Below, one piece after another: positions 19,519-30,086 of a DNA stretch of 60,167 nt. Made by a program: the position numbers and the translations under genes. Source of the stretch: Bacilli bacterium (GTDB lineage Bacteria; Bacillota_I; Bacilli_A; RF39; UBA660); contig JAQWBL010000004.1 in assembly GCA_028706395.1 (NCBI GenBank), positions 1-60,167 on the forward strand, in the 5' to 3' direction. How positions within the stretch are numbered: the stretch's first letter is position 1; every line of letters begins with the position of its first letter. The notes beneath the pieces are model-generated. The model did not search any database and was not told where the DNA came from. It worked only from the letters and a program-made list of their open reading frames with translations.

Positions 19519-20713
19519 TACCATCAAGCTCCTTTAAAACTAGTTTTTTATATTCATTCACTCCTGGTTGATTAAATGGTTCAACTTCAAGCAAATAAGC
19601 ACCAGCTGCGGCCGCTATTTCAAAAAAATAAATTAGCTGACCTATATTAAATGGTGTTAACGCATCAAGTGATATAAAATTACTACAAACTTTGTTTTTC
19701 ATATGAGAAGTTGCCACTTGATTAGCAACAATTTTATTTATTTCATCTAATTCTTTATTGTATTTAGGTATAACAAGTTCATTGTTACATTCAATATTAA
19801 TTACTGTTTCAAATAATATTTGGCTACCATCTTGATAAAATTGTCCTAAAGAATGTAGATCACCCGTATTAATAGAAGCAATTGGCAAAATGCCTTTACC
19901 TTCTTTTCCTTGAGTTTCCGCAAGTACTTGTTTAATACTTTCGACTAATGACAATAATTTAGGTTCATAAATGGTAATTGATTCAACCTTCTTATCCTCT
20001 TTGTATAAAAGATCTCTAATAACAGCGTAATCAAATGCCATTTGTTTATTTAAGGCCTTCGCTCCAATAATCATTTCATTTATATCCACACCTGCTACGG
20101 CAATTGGTAAAAGACCAACAACAGTCATAACAGAATATCTTCCACCAATATTGCTTGGTAAAACAAACGATTTATAATTTTTTTCATTAACTAATTGTCT
20201 CAGACTGCCTTCTTTTGCATCGGTTGTTACAATAATTCTTTTGCTAAGTTCTTCAGCACTATATCTTTTACTAAGCTTATTATATAAATATTCAAAATAT
20301 AAATTTGTTTCAAAAGTTGTCCCAGATTTAGAAATCACATTAATAATAACTTCTTTATCGTCAATATATTTTATTAATTCTTCTAGATAAGTCGATGATA
20401 ATGATGATCCTAAAAAGATTATTTCAGGATTGCTTTTTTTAAAGTATGGTTTAAATGCATCAATAACAGCCTTCGCCCCTAATGATGAACCTCCTACACC
20501 AATAACAAGAAAAACGTCACAATTACTACGAATATAATCACTTGTTTTTAAAACATCTTCTAAAGTTTCAGGAGTAATGCACTTACCTAAATCATACCAA
20601 TCATTCATTGATGTACCTGTTTCTAGTAGATTAATAATTTTATTTATTTTGGGTTGATAATCCAAAATATTATTAAATGGTTTCATATAAGTACTAAAAT
20701 CAAATTTAATCAT
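19511..20713 (-). CDS. pgi: glucose-6-phosphate isomerase
   Basis: VIGVGGSSLGAKA, SKSGTTFET and NIGGRYSV are hallmarks of the short bacterial PGI. I prefer the ATG at 20713 (MIKFDFS...). It overlaps the stop of the giant ORF as ATGATTAA. Confidence 0.9.
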   Translation of the reverse strand: MIKFDFSTYMKPFNNILDYQPKINKIINLLETGTSMNDWYDLGKCITPETLEDVLKTSDYIRSNCDVFLVIGVGGSSLGAKAVIDAFKPYFKKSNPEIIFLGSSLSSTYLEELIKYIDDKEVIINVISKSGTTFETNLYFEYLYNKLSKRYSAEELSKRIIVTTDAKEGSLRQLVNEKNYKSFVLPSNIGGRYSVMTVVGLLPIAVAGVDINEMIIGAKALNKQMAFDYAVIRDLLYKEDKKVESITIYEPKLLSLVESIKQVLAETQGKEGKGILPIASINTGDLHSLGQFYQDGSQILFETVINIECNNELVIPKYNKELDEINKIVANQVATSHMKNKVCSNFISLDALTPFNIGQLIYFFEIAAAAGAYLLEVEPFNQPGVNEYKKLVLKELDGNE

Positions 20714-23700
20714 TCTTTTCACCTATCTTTACTATAACGACGTGTGTTTTTTTATCGTTAACTAATTCTATATAATTATTTTTAGTGGATTTATCATCAA
20801 TTATAATCTCATCTTTTGGTTCTTTTAACTTAACCTTGATTTCATAAATAGTATCCTTATAACGATATGTTATTGCAAAATTTTTCCACTTAGTTGGAAC
20901 ATTAGGGTTAATATATAGTTTGTTACCTCTTAAATTAAAACCAATAATATCTATAAGGGCAACACGATAGAACCAGCCACTAGTACCCGTATACCAACTC
21001 CAACCACCTTGACCCGCAAAGCTTTCGTTGCTATAAATATCTGCCACAAAAACATATGGTTCAACTTTATATTTTAGGGCATCCTCTTTAGTTTTAGTAC
21101 GATTAATTGGATTCATCATTTGATAGTGATCGAATGCTAAATCGTTCTTTCCGATTTTTAGTAGAGCTTGAATATACCAAGCAACCGCGTGAGTATATTG
21201 CCCTCCATTTTCCCTAATACCTTTTGGATAATCCATAATATATCCCGGATTATCTTTATTTTTAGAGAAAGCCGGTGTTAAAAGCTTAATAATTTTTAAA
21301 TCATTATCAACCAATTTAGTTTCAACCGAATCAATCATCGTACCAATTTGTTTAGAATCAGCAACACCCGATATAATTGCAAAACTTTGTGATAATAAAT
21401 CTATTGAACATTCTTCGTTAGTACTTGATCCAACTGGATGACCATTATCAAAGAAGGCTCTTAAATAATATTTACCATCCCAAGCAACATTTCTTAAAGA
21501 TTCTTTTAGTTTTTGATTAAAATCTTTATACACACTTAAATCAATATTAGCGTCATATCTTTTGCCAAAAACCATAAATTCATTAATCAATTGATACAAG
21601 AAGAAACCTAACCAAACACTGGTTCCTTTTCCGCCCGCACCTATTTTGTTCATTCCATCATTCCAGTCACCACCACCCATTAAAGGTAGACCATTGTGAC
21701 CGAGTTCATTCATGGCTTTATTAATTATTAATTGACAACGTTCATAAAGAGTTGATGTTTCCTCACTAACCTTATAATCAATTAACTTTTCATGTTCATG
21801 TGGTTCAAGTGAAAAACCGGTAATAAATGGAACTTGTTCATCTAAAATACTGAAATCTTCAGTAATCTTTAAATATTCACTAATTGCGTAGATTAACCAC
21901 AAATAATCATCTTTGTATAATGAACGCAATCCAATATCTAATTTAGGATGCCACCAATGAAGAACATCTCCTTCTTTAAATTGATGAGCAGCATTAAATA
22001 ATATTTGATTTCTTGTAATACTTGGATCAACACTACATACATTCATAGAATCTTGTAATTGATCACGAAATCCAAAGGCTCCACCAACTTGATAAAATCC
22101 GGCGCGAGCTTGCAATCTAGAAGCAATACTTTGGTATAAGGCCCACCCATTTATCATGTAGTCAAAACTATCATCTGGTGTTTTTATTTGAACAGTAGTT
22201 AATATATTATTCCAATGACTTTTTACATTTTCTAACTCTTCATTAACTTTAGCAACATCTTGATATTTTGTAACTAACATATCTAAATTATCTTTTGTAG
22301 CACTACCTAAAGTAAAGACCAATTCTTTTTCTTCTTTTTCTTCTAGATAGAAATCAACCTCAATTTCTTTAACTAATAAATTATTAATTAAAGCATTATC
22401 AATTTTTTCAGTACTCGACATATAGGCATATAAATGATTAAACTTTTGACTATAAACATTTCTGATGCTTAAATAATTATTATCTTGATTAAATTCACTT
22501 AATAAATATCGTCCTGTTTTTTCCTCAGTAAACCCAAGATTAGGATTAATCCAAAACTTCAAAATAATTCGTTGTTTACGAGCAGAATTGTTTTTTAAAT
22601 TCATCTTATAAAACTTAACATTATCTTCTTTAGCAACAAACTGAATTAAATTAAGATTAATATGTTTAAAGTTTCCAATATATTCACTATAGCCAAATCC
22701 AAATTTAACGTGACTGAAATTGATTTTCATATCATTAATTTTAAATCCTTCAGAATAATCATTAACTAAAGCATCATTTGTCCATGAAGTTAATTTATAT
22801 TCCCTACTATTGCCAGCATAAGTAAATCCACAGTTATTGTTAGTAACAACCGTTCCAAAGTTTTTATTAGAAATAACATTGCTCCAAGCGGCTGGGGTAT
22901 TTTGATCAACTATTATATATTCTTTACCATTATTAATAAAACCACCAAATTCATTAAAAAACTTTATTTTGTTTTTATCATACACAATTGGTAAACTAGG
23001 AACTTCATTTTCATTATTTTTAGTTTTTACAGTATTTAATTTTTGAAGTTCATCAATATAATACTGCAATGAATTATGAAGGGTGCTATCAATTTTTAAT
23101 CTTGCAACCGTTTTTAATAACACATAATCTTCTTCACTAATAGTTTTTCTATTTAAAACAAAGATTGAACCAGGGGTATTAAAGAAATCATTAATAGCAT
23201 ACATATGATATTTTTCATTTTCAATTTCCTTAGCAATTACTTTTGATTGTTCTTCATCTTCACTGTTGATTATAACCAAGTCAACAAAAATGGCCTTACT
23301 CTTATAATATTCAAAAGCATGTAATAATTCTTTAACTAAACTTAAATCACTTAAATCTTTTACATCTAGTAAAATTATGGGACGATCTCCAGATATTCCA
23401 AAACCCCATAAATTAGTTTGATTTAAAGTGTTTTTAGTTAAATTATTAATAACTTCATCACTTACAACAATATAATTTGTTTGAAGTAAATAATTAAGCA
23501 TAGTATTATACAAACGACGGTCATTACTACTCATATTAACCATTTTATTACTAGCATTACTCATAATAATTGCTGTTTCAAATCCTTTTTCATTTATAAC
23601 TTGTTTATTGCAATATGTTCTAACGATATTTAAAACATGTTCCCTAGATCTACCAAAACCAGTTATTAAATAAACCGTTTTTTCACTATCTTTAGGTACC

Positions 23701-26700
23701 AAAAGCTTATTTCTTAAACTAATAATTGGATCTAATGTTGTTCCAACATAATTACGTAGTTTTTCATGAATTGCTTTAGGATTATTAGTATTACGACCTC
23801 TTCCAATAAAATTATCTCGATTTGTTTCATACTCAAAAGAACCAATTGGATCTTCAATTAATAATCGGCTTATCATGTAATAATTCGTATCAGAATTTCT
23901 TAATTTTCTTTTCATAATAATAGAATCGGTATTTTCATCGTATTCACTATAAACAAACATATTATTAAATACTGGATGCCCAATATCATCAGAATTAAGA
24001 CCTAAAATAGGTTCAGTATAAGTTGTTAATTCCAACTCCTTATCTTTATTTCCATTATTTTTAAAAGTTATCTTTCTTATCTCCGCATTATGTGATTTGG
24101 TTACCACAATTTCTGTAGTCGTAATAACATCCCTATCAGCTCTAACAAATTTTATATTATCAAGAGCATAAACAATTTCATATTTCCTTGGTTTAACATT
24201 AATTGGAGCATATGTATTAGACCAAACTTTTTTCGTTTGCAAATCCTTAATATAAACAAATTGTCCATAATCTCTTTCAGTAACCTTACGATATCTATTT
24301 AATCTGATTTGGTAGTATTTACTATACCCGTTTCCACGATCATTAATAATCACACTATACTTAGAATTTGATAAAACAGACAATTCGGGTAGTTTTGATA
24401 TTTGATTATAAACCCTAATATCATTAACAAACGGTTCTTTCTCGTAAGTATATTTTTTATATCTCATAGTTTCATAATTAATATGTGGTCTTAATTGGAC
24501 TTTTTCTTTTATCAACATGTCCACAGCTTGATTACGAATATCTTTATAAAAATAAGATTGAATAACACCATCAGTTAAAAAGTTGGTCAGACTTCCTAAA
24601 ATCATCCCTTGATGATGGGCATAATATGACACGACTGGAACTTCATCCAAGCAATCATATGATTCATATAATCCATATTTACCAAACATATTAAGTGGTT
24701 TAAATTTTTTAATATTTTTAACAACTTCTTTAGGAAACAAAGGTAGTGCCAAAAGGGAACTATATGGCGATATGACAACCCTTTCACTAGCTTCCTCACG
24801 AAGTCTTAACTGTGGAATTCCAAACGCTTTATATTTATAATTTTGAGCATCATCCAACTCGTTATAAGCAGACTCAGAAATCCCCCATGGATACTTCTTA
24901 TTATATTTTTTCATATAATCGCATTGAACATAATGCGCAAAATGATAAGCTTCATCAATTATTGTGTTAGCGTAACTTGGCATAAATAGAAGTGGCATAT
25001 AGTACTCAAAAAAAGTACCAGACCACGATGATAAACCTTTTTTATTTTTATAAGCAATTAAAGTTTTATCAAGCCCAAACCAATGCTTACTAGGAACATC
25101 GCCTTTAGCAATTGCTAAATAACTTAAAATACGACTTTCACTCATAAACTTATTATAATTAAATGGTTCTAAACGGCCTTGATCAACATGGTAACCAACA
25201 CTAAATACGTCAGTATCTGTATATAAATAATTAAATTCCGTTTTATTAATTAATCTTTCAATTATCCTTAATAATTCAAGGCGTCCGTGTTTTTCAACAA
25301 ATCCTTTTGCTACCATTAGAGAGGCTACAAAGTTACCACTATCAACACTTGAAATAAAATGTGGGTACATGACTTCTAAAGTTTTAATATTGTACCAATT
25401 ATATAGATGACCATGCCACTTATCTAGTTTCTTAACAGATGAAACAATTTTTTCAAGTAATTCAAGAGCTTTATCAACACTTATTAATTTTAATTCGCAC
25501 GCTGAAATAACGGATACTAAAGAAAGTCCGATATTAGTTGGGGACGTTTTTATATCCGGTTTAACATCTCTATTTTCTTGATAATTATCAGGAATTAAAT
25601 AATTATTTTCTTCAATTAAATGGTCCTCAAAATAACTCCAAGTATTCTTAGCTAGATTATTTAATGATTCAATATCTTCCTCTTCAACCTGATCTTTATC
25701 TTGTACTAAATCTTTACTAATTAAATAAACAATAACTGGACCCAGCATAAAAATAAAGGAAATAACAAGTTTTAATACTTGATGTTCATTAGAAAATAGA
25801 GACCAGACAATTAAAATAAGGGCAACAATTATATTAATCCAAAATTGTTTAACTGTATTCCATAAATTTGTCTTAACTAACTTTGCAGCATCGTCTGCTG
25901 TAACCCAATTAAGTAAATGCTTTTTACTAATAGTCATTCGGTATATTGAACGAATAAACGAATTTAAATATAAATAAGCATTATAGGGAATTGTTGATAA
26001 TTCAGTAACCGCTCTTAAAATAAGAGCCCTATAACCAAACACTAGTATTCGATAGTATTTTAAAGAACTAAAACTAGAACGACTAATTACAAAGTTTTCG
26101 ATTACCTGAATAATTATTGGTAAGATATATATTAAAATAACAAACAATAACCACCAATTAGGATCCACAATATTACTATTAAGCGCAATAAAAAGAATTA
26201 TTAATAAAAAAACATTAATTAATCCGCGTCTAATATTATCGATGATTTTCCACTTACCTAATAAACTGATGGGATTTTTTTCTTTTTTTCCAGATTCATT
26301 TCGAACCCTATTTCCGACCCATCCAATTACTTGCATATCTCCTCTCGCCCATCTTGAACGTCTAGAAGCATCTACTAAAAATTTAGATGGAAAGCCATCA
26401 ATTAAATCAATATCAGTTACATTACCGGCGCGAAGATAATTACCTTCAACTAAATCATGACTTAGTATTAAATTATTTGGGAACCGATTTTTTAAAACTT
26501 GTTGATAAACATTCAAATCATAAATTCCTTTTCCATAAAAAGATCCTTCTTTAAAAACATCTTGATAGAAGTTTGGAAAAAGATTACTATATGGATCAAA
26601 CCCACCAATCCCTGCATATATTTGTGAAAACAACGACTTATTACTTGCTTCAACTTCTAAAGTAATTCTAGGTTGTAATATCCCATATCCGGCAATAACC

Positions 26701-28370
26701 TTAGTCTTTGATTCATTTAAAATAGGTCTATTCAAAGGATGAGCCATAGTCCCAACTAGTTTTAAGGCACTGTTTAGTACCAACTCCGTATCCACATCTA
26801 AAGTAATTACATATTTAATCTTATGATTAAAATTATGAAAGGTATGAACTTTAAACCATTCTTCTTGTTCTTCTAAACTCTTGTTACCTAATAATAAATC
26901 ATTAAAGTGAAGTAGGGCGCCCCTTTTTCGTTCGAAACCTAACCAAGTTCCCTCACCCTTATTATACTTACGACGGCGATAGACAAAATTAAAAATATTT
27001 TTACCATACAATTTATTTAATCTTTCAGCTTCTGCAACACCAGAAGAAATAATATCAGGATCACTTTTATGATTTTCTTCACTATTTTCAAAAGCATCAG
27101 CTAATAATGTAAAATATAAATTTTTGGATTTATTAATTAAATAATATTTTTCTAAACTAGCAAAAACTTGCTTAATCTTTTCGTCATTTTTAACAATTGT
27201 TGGAATAACAACCATTGTTTTATAATTAGACGGTATCCCCTTAGAAAAATCTAATTTAGCCAATGGTTTTGCTTTAAAAAATCTCAAAAATATATTTTGC
27301 ACAATAATATTTACTATCTCACTAATAGGAATTAGGAGTACTATAAAACCTAGTAATCGATAACTAGTTAATAAGCCTGATAAATAATAACTTAAAGCCG
27401 CTGTTATACCAAATACAATTACTAAATAAATTATAACTTTTAATGAACTATAATCCTTTTTCTTTAAAAGTCCATCACTGATATTATTATACTCATCCAA
27501 AATGTCTTTTACTAAAGTATCAGCTGTAACATTTCTTTTTCTTGCACGTTTGAGCAAATGCTGACGAATTAAATTTTTAGTATCAAGCGTCATCTTCGAA
27601 TATAATTTATCTTCTTGAAGTAACTTTTCAACATCATTAACTTTTTCAAAAATATTTTCCATAACAAAAACACTAGTTTCTTTAAAACTAACAAAAATAT
27701 TATTAATAACTATATTAGACTCAGTAGTTTTTAAATGTTCTTCATTAATAATGTCAATCATTACTTTGTTATTATTTTCTAATATACTATTGAATTGTTT
27801 AAAAACATCATTTGTGTATTCGCCCAATTCTTTAAGTTGCTCATTAAAATAAACAATACTATAACCAGACATTTTATTTAAGTTTATATATTTTTTCAAA
27901 TTTATTTCTTCATTATTTAAAACCTTTTTCTTTAGTTTATTAATAATACTCTTAACTTCTTTTTTATCCCGTAACTTAGATGATTCATCTTCACAAATAA
28001 TCGATACTTCTTTTAATAATAATATTTTAATAACCAAAGGTATAATTGCTAATTCCTTATATTTTAAGTTATAACCTGATTTTTTTTGATAATCGATTAC
28101 TTCTTTAATAATAATGTTTTCATTAATCTTATAATTATATTTTTCTAAAATGGTTTTAAAAACATCATACATATCTAAATATTTACTAGTATAACTATAT
28201 GCCTTTTTATCTTTAGTAAACTTTTTTATAGAGTCCTTTTGTTCAACTAATAAATAGTAATTATCTATTATCCATTCATTAACAATGCCTACAAAAAAAT
28301 GATTATTAATCATTTTAATTAATTTATTATAATGTTTTCTTATCTTATTAAATTCATTACCGCTTATCAT
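20706..28370 (-). CDS. cyclic beta-1,2-glucan synthase-like giant protein (TM segments + GT84-like glycosyltransferase + glucoamylase-like middle domain + GH94 phosphorylase-like C-domain)
   Basis: 2554 aa.
- GT region: VVIPT..., ITLDVDTE, ILQPRI, LSHDLVEGNYLR (26442..26462 encodes SHDLVEG) and RRSRWARGDMQ, flanked by TM helices.
- Middle region: SPTNIGLSLVS and WGISESAY, glucoamylase-like.
- C-terminus: FRDQLQD, GGGDWNDGMN (DWND at 21657..21668), GGQYTHA and GGWSWYTGTSGWFYR, typical of GH94. Confidence 0.8.
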   Translation of the reverse strand: MISGNEFNKIRKHYNKLIKMINNHFFVGIVNEWIIDNYYLLVEQKDSIKKFTKDKKAYSYTSKYLDMYDVFKTILEKYNYKINENIIIKEVIDYQKKSGYNLKYKELAIIPLVIKILLLKEVSIICEDESSKLRDKKEVKSIINKLKKKVLNNEEINLKKYINLNKMSGYSIVYFNEQLKELGEYTNDVFKQFNSILENNNKVMIDIINEEHLKTTESNIVINNIFVSFKETSVFVMENIFEKVNDVEKLLQEDKLYSKMTLDTKNLIRQHLLKRARKRNVTADTLVKDILDEYNNISDGLLKKKDYSSLKVIIYLVIVFGITAALSYYLSGLLTSYRLLGFIVLLIPISEIVNIIVQNIFLRFFKAKPLAKLDFSKGIPSNYKTMVVIPTIVKNDEKIKQVFASLEKYYLINKSKNLYFTLLADAFENSEENHKSDPDIISSGVAEAERLNKLYGKNIFNFVYRRRKYNKGEGTWLGFERKRGALLHFNDLLLGNKSLEEQEEWFKVHTFHNFNHKIKYVITLDVDTELVLNSALKLVGTMAHPLNRPILNESKTKVIAGYGILQPRITLEVEASNKSLFSQIYAGIGGFDPYSNLFPNFYQDVFKEGSFYGKGIYDLNVYQQVLKNRFPNNLILSHDLVEGNYLRAGNVTDIDLIDGFPSKFLVDASRRSRWARGDMQVIGWVGNRVRNESGKKEKNPISLLGKWKIIDNIRRGLINVFLLIILFIALNSNIVDPNWWLLFVILIYILPIIIQVIENFVISRSSFSSLKYYRILVFGYRALILRAVTELSTIPYNAYLYLNSFIRSIYRMTISKKHLLNWVTADDAAKLVKTNLWNTVKQFWINIIVALILIVWSLFSNEHQVLKLVISFIFMLGPVIVYLISKDLVQDKDQVEEEDIESLNNLAKNTWSYFEDHLIEENNYLIPDNYQENRDVKPDIKTSPTNIGLSLVSVISACELKLISVDKALELLEKIVSSVKKLDKWHGHLYNWYNIKTLEVMYPHFISSVDSGNFVASLMVAKGFVEKHGRLELLRIIERLINKTEFNYLYTDTDVFSVGYHVDQGRLEPFNYNKFMSESRILSYLAIAKGDVPSKHWFGLDKTLIAYKNKKGLSSWSGTFFEYYMPLLFMPSYANTIIDEAYHFAHYVQCDYMKKYNKKYPWGISESAYNELDDAQNYKYKAFGIPQLRLREEASERVVISPYSSLLALPLFPKEVVKNIKKFKPLNMFGKYGLYESYDCLDEVPVVSYYAHHQGMILGSLTNFLTDGVIQSYFYKDIRNQAVDMLIKEKVQLRPHINYETMRYKKYTYEKEPFVNDIRVYNQISKLPELSVLSNSKYSVIINDRGNGYSKYYQIRLNRYRKVTERDYGQFVYIKDLQTKKVWSNTYAPINVKPRKYEIVYALDNIKFVRADRDVITTTEIVVTKSHNAEIRKITFKNNGNKDKELELTTYTEPILGLNSDDIGHPVFNNMFVYSEYDENTDSIIMKRKLRNSDTNYYMISRLLIEDPIGSFEYETNRDNFIGRGRNTNNPKAIHEKLRNYVGTTLDPIISLRNKLLVPKDSEKTVYLITGFGRSREHVLNIVRTYCNKQVINEKGFETAIIMSNASNKMVNMSSNDRRLYNTMLNYLLQTNYIVVSDEVINNLTKNTLNQTNLWGFGISGDRPIILLDVKDLSDLSLVKELLHAFEYYKSKAIFVDLVIINSEDEEQSKVIAKEIENEKYHMYAINDFFNTPGSIFVLNRKTISEEDYVLLKTVARLKIDSTLHNSLQYYIDELQKLNTVKTKNNENEVPSLPIVYDKNKIKFFNEFGGFINNGKEYIIVDQNTPAAWSNVISNKNFGTVVTNNNCGFTYAGNSREYKLTSWTNDALVNDYSEGFKINDMKINFSHVKFGFGYSEYIGNFKHINLNLIQFVAKEDNVKFYKMNLKNNSARKQRIILKFWINPNLGFTEEKTGRYLLSEFNQDNNYLSIRNVYSQKFNHLYAYMSSTEKIDNALINNLLVKEIEVDFYLEEKEEKELVFTLGSATKDNLDMLVTKYQDVAKVNEELENVKSHWNNILTTVQIKTPDDSFDYMINGWALYQSIASRLQARAGFYQVGGAFGFRDQLQDSMNVCSVDPSITRNQILFNAAHQFKEGDVLHWWHPKLDIGLRSLYKDDYLWLIYAISEYLKITEDFSILDEQVPFITGFSLEPHEHEKLIDYKVSEETSTLYERCQLIINKAMNELGHNGLPLMGGGDWNDGMNKIGAGGKGTSVWLGFFLYQLINEFMVFGKRYDANIDLSVYKDFNQKLKESLRNVAWDGKYYLRAFFDNGHPVGSSTNEECSIDLLSQSFAIISGVADSKQIGTMIDSVETKLVDNDLKIIKLLTPAFSKNKDNPGYIMDYPKGIRENGGQYTHAVAWYIQALLKIGKNDLAFDHYQMMNPINRTKTKEDALKYKVEPYVFVADIYSNESFAGQGGWSWYTGTSGWFYRVALIDIIGFNLRGNKLYINPNVPTKWKNFAITYRYKDTIYEIKVKLKEPKDEIIIDDKSTKNNYIELVNDKKTHVVIVKIGEKND

Positions 28371-28467
28371 CTTTAACCACCTCTACTTTTTTATCTTACT
28401 ACTTATATAGTATATCACATAATCATTCAAATTAAAACTTTATAACCTTGACTTTCAAAGCACTTTA

Positions 28468-29934
28468 TCAATCATAAAGCTTAACTTCTATCATTATAGG
28501 ACAACCATTCATTTTATTCTTTTCATCATTTTTTATGATAATATATTCAACAAATTGATTTAAAAAATCACGCCTTTCAAAATTTGTTAACATTTCAAAA
28601 TGATCACTGAGATTAATCAAAATATTTTCAACATTTTGATGATTGATTCTTTTAATATTTTCCAACCGTTTTAATCTCTCACTCATTACCTTATTTTTCA
28701 AATTAATTTCTTTTATCATAAATTGCATTTGAACATTAGAAATGCTATTATCCATAAATAACTGTATTATTTCTTCTTCTTTAACTTTATTTTTACGAAT
28801 ATTTTTTTTCAAGTCATTAATTTCAAGATTTTCTTTATTATCAAGACAAATATCAAAACTGTCGATTACATCAAAACCACTTATTGTTTTCAAATATTTA
28901 AGAAAAGCTTTTTCCATCTTTATATGGCTTACACCACTTCCTTCACACATTCCAAGTTCCCGATTACGACATCTATATCCATAATATATTTTATTGTTTC
29001 TCTTAGTTCTTTGAGTTGTTAACAGGGTATTACAGCAACCACATACAATTGTTCCACAAAAATAAACATCATCCTTTGGTTTATTAGTACGAAGTTTTAA
29101 ATTATTTTTTAGATGTTTTTCTTGAACTAATTTATATGTTTCATCATCTATCAAAGGACTATGATTCCCATTATATTCTTGATAATCCTCCCTATTCAAA
29201 TGATATCTGATTTTGCCAATATAAGTTGAATTAGATAAGATAAGTTTTATTGTTTTTGAAGTCCATTTAGTAATTTTATTTCCTATTTTAGATCGCTTTG
29301 TCAATACTTTTGAAGCATTAAGCGCTCTAGCAATATCGGAAAAAGAATTTCCATCGAGATACATGCTATAAACTCGCTTAACAATAGTTGCTTCATCTTC
29401 ATTTACAATTAATTCATTACTTCCTTTTTCACGATTATATCCATATGGAGGAGTTGAGCTACATAAAGTCTTCCCCATCTTCGCTTTACCAGCAAAACCA
29501 TCTTTGATGCGATTAATAATAGCTTTTCTTTCATATTGCCCAAAAGCACTTTGAATAATCGTAAATAGCCAATCACTAGGATTATCTGATTCTATTTTTC
29601 TTCCTGTACTATCAATTAATTCACAATTAAAGTTATTAAATATATTTAATAAAGTAGCCGTATCAACAACATTTCTGGATAATCTATCAAGTTTAGTAAT
29701 TAAAACCTTATTTATTTTTTGGTTCTTTATATCGTCTAACAATTGTTTAAGCATTGGTCGTTCTGTATTTTTACCACTTATTCCAGCATCATTATATATC
29801 TTATATATGATCCAATTATTTTTATTAGCCAGGTTTGTTAGTAGATCTATTTGTTGGGGAATTGAATAACCAAATTCCTTTTGATCTTCAGTCGATACTC
29901 TGACATAAATCCCAACCTTTAAACTATTGTTCAA
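28468..29934 (-). CDS. large serine recombinase (resolvase domain + recombinase domain + zinc ribbon + coiled coil)
   Basis: 488 aa. The N-terminus is KVGIYVRVSTEDQ, carrying the catalytic Ser. It also has DRLSRN, the Cys cluster CGTIVCGCCNTLL...YRCRN...CEG and a long C-terminal helical region. The start is TTG at 29934. No in-frame ATG lies between it and the upstream stop. Confidence 0.9.
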   Translation of the reverse strand: MNNSLKVGIYVRVSTEDQKEFGYSIPQQIDLLTNLANKNNWIIYKIYNDAGISGKNTERPMLKQLLDDIKNQKINKVLITKLDRLSRNVVDTATLLNIFNNFNCELIDSTGRKIESDNPSDWLFTIIQSAFGQYERKAIINRIKDGFAGKAKMGKTLCSSTPPYGYNREKGSNELIVNEDEATIVKRVYSMYLDGNSFSDIARALNASKVLTKRSKIGNKITKWTSKTIKLILSNSTYIGKIRYHLNREDYQEYNGNHSPLIDDETYKLVQEKHLKNNLKLRTNKPKDDVYFCGTIVCGCCNTLLTTQRTKRNNKIYYGYRCRNRELGMCEGSGVSHIKMEKAFLKYLKTISGFDVIDSFDICLDNKENLEINDLKKNIRKNKVKEEEIIQLFMDNSISNVQMQFMIKEINLKNKVMSERLKRLENIKRINHQNVENILINLSDHFEMLTNFERRDFLNQFVEYIIIKNDEKNKMNGCPIMIEVKLYD

Positions 29935-30025
29935 CTTTGTAACCTTTTTGAAGCATTCTAGGAATTGAAGTCCTTAATAAAAATGCAATAATTCTAGTCT
30001 GCTGTTCTTTAGTTAACCATATCAT
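29924..30025 (-). CDS. possible 33-codon upstream ORF overlapping the recombinase start
   Basis: AGGTGA RBS, then ATG at 30025. It reads MIWLTKEQQTRIIAFLLRTSIPRMLQKGYKVEQ. Its stop lies 11 nt inside the recombinase ORF in another frame. Confidence 0.3.
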   Translation of the reverse strand: MIWLTKEQQTRIIAFLLRTSIPRMLQKGYKVEQ

Positions 30026-30086
30026 AACATCACCTAATTAATCTTATGCAAAAACTTAATATATTATCATACTAATTAAACCTATG

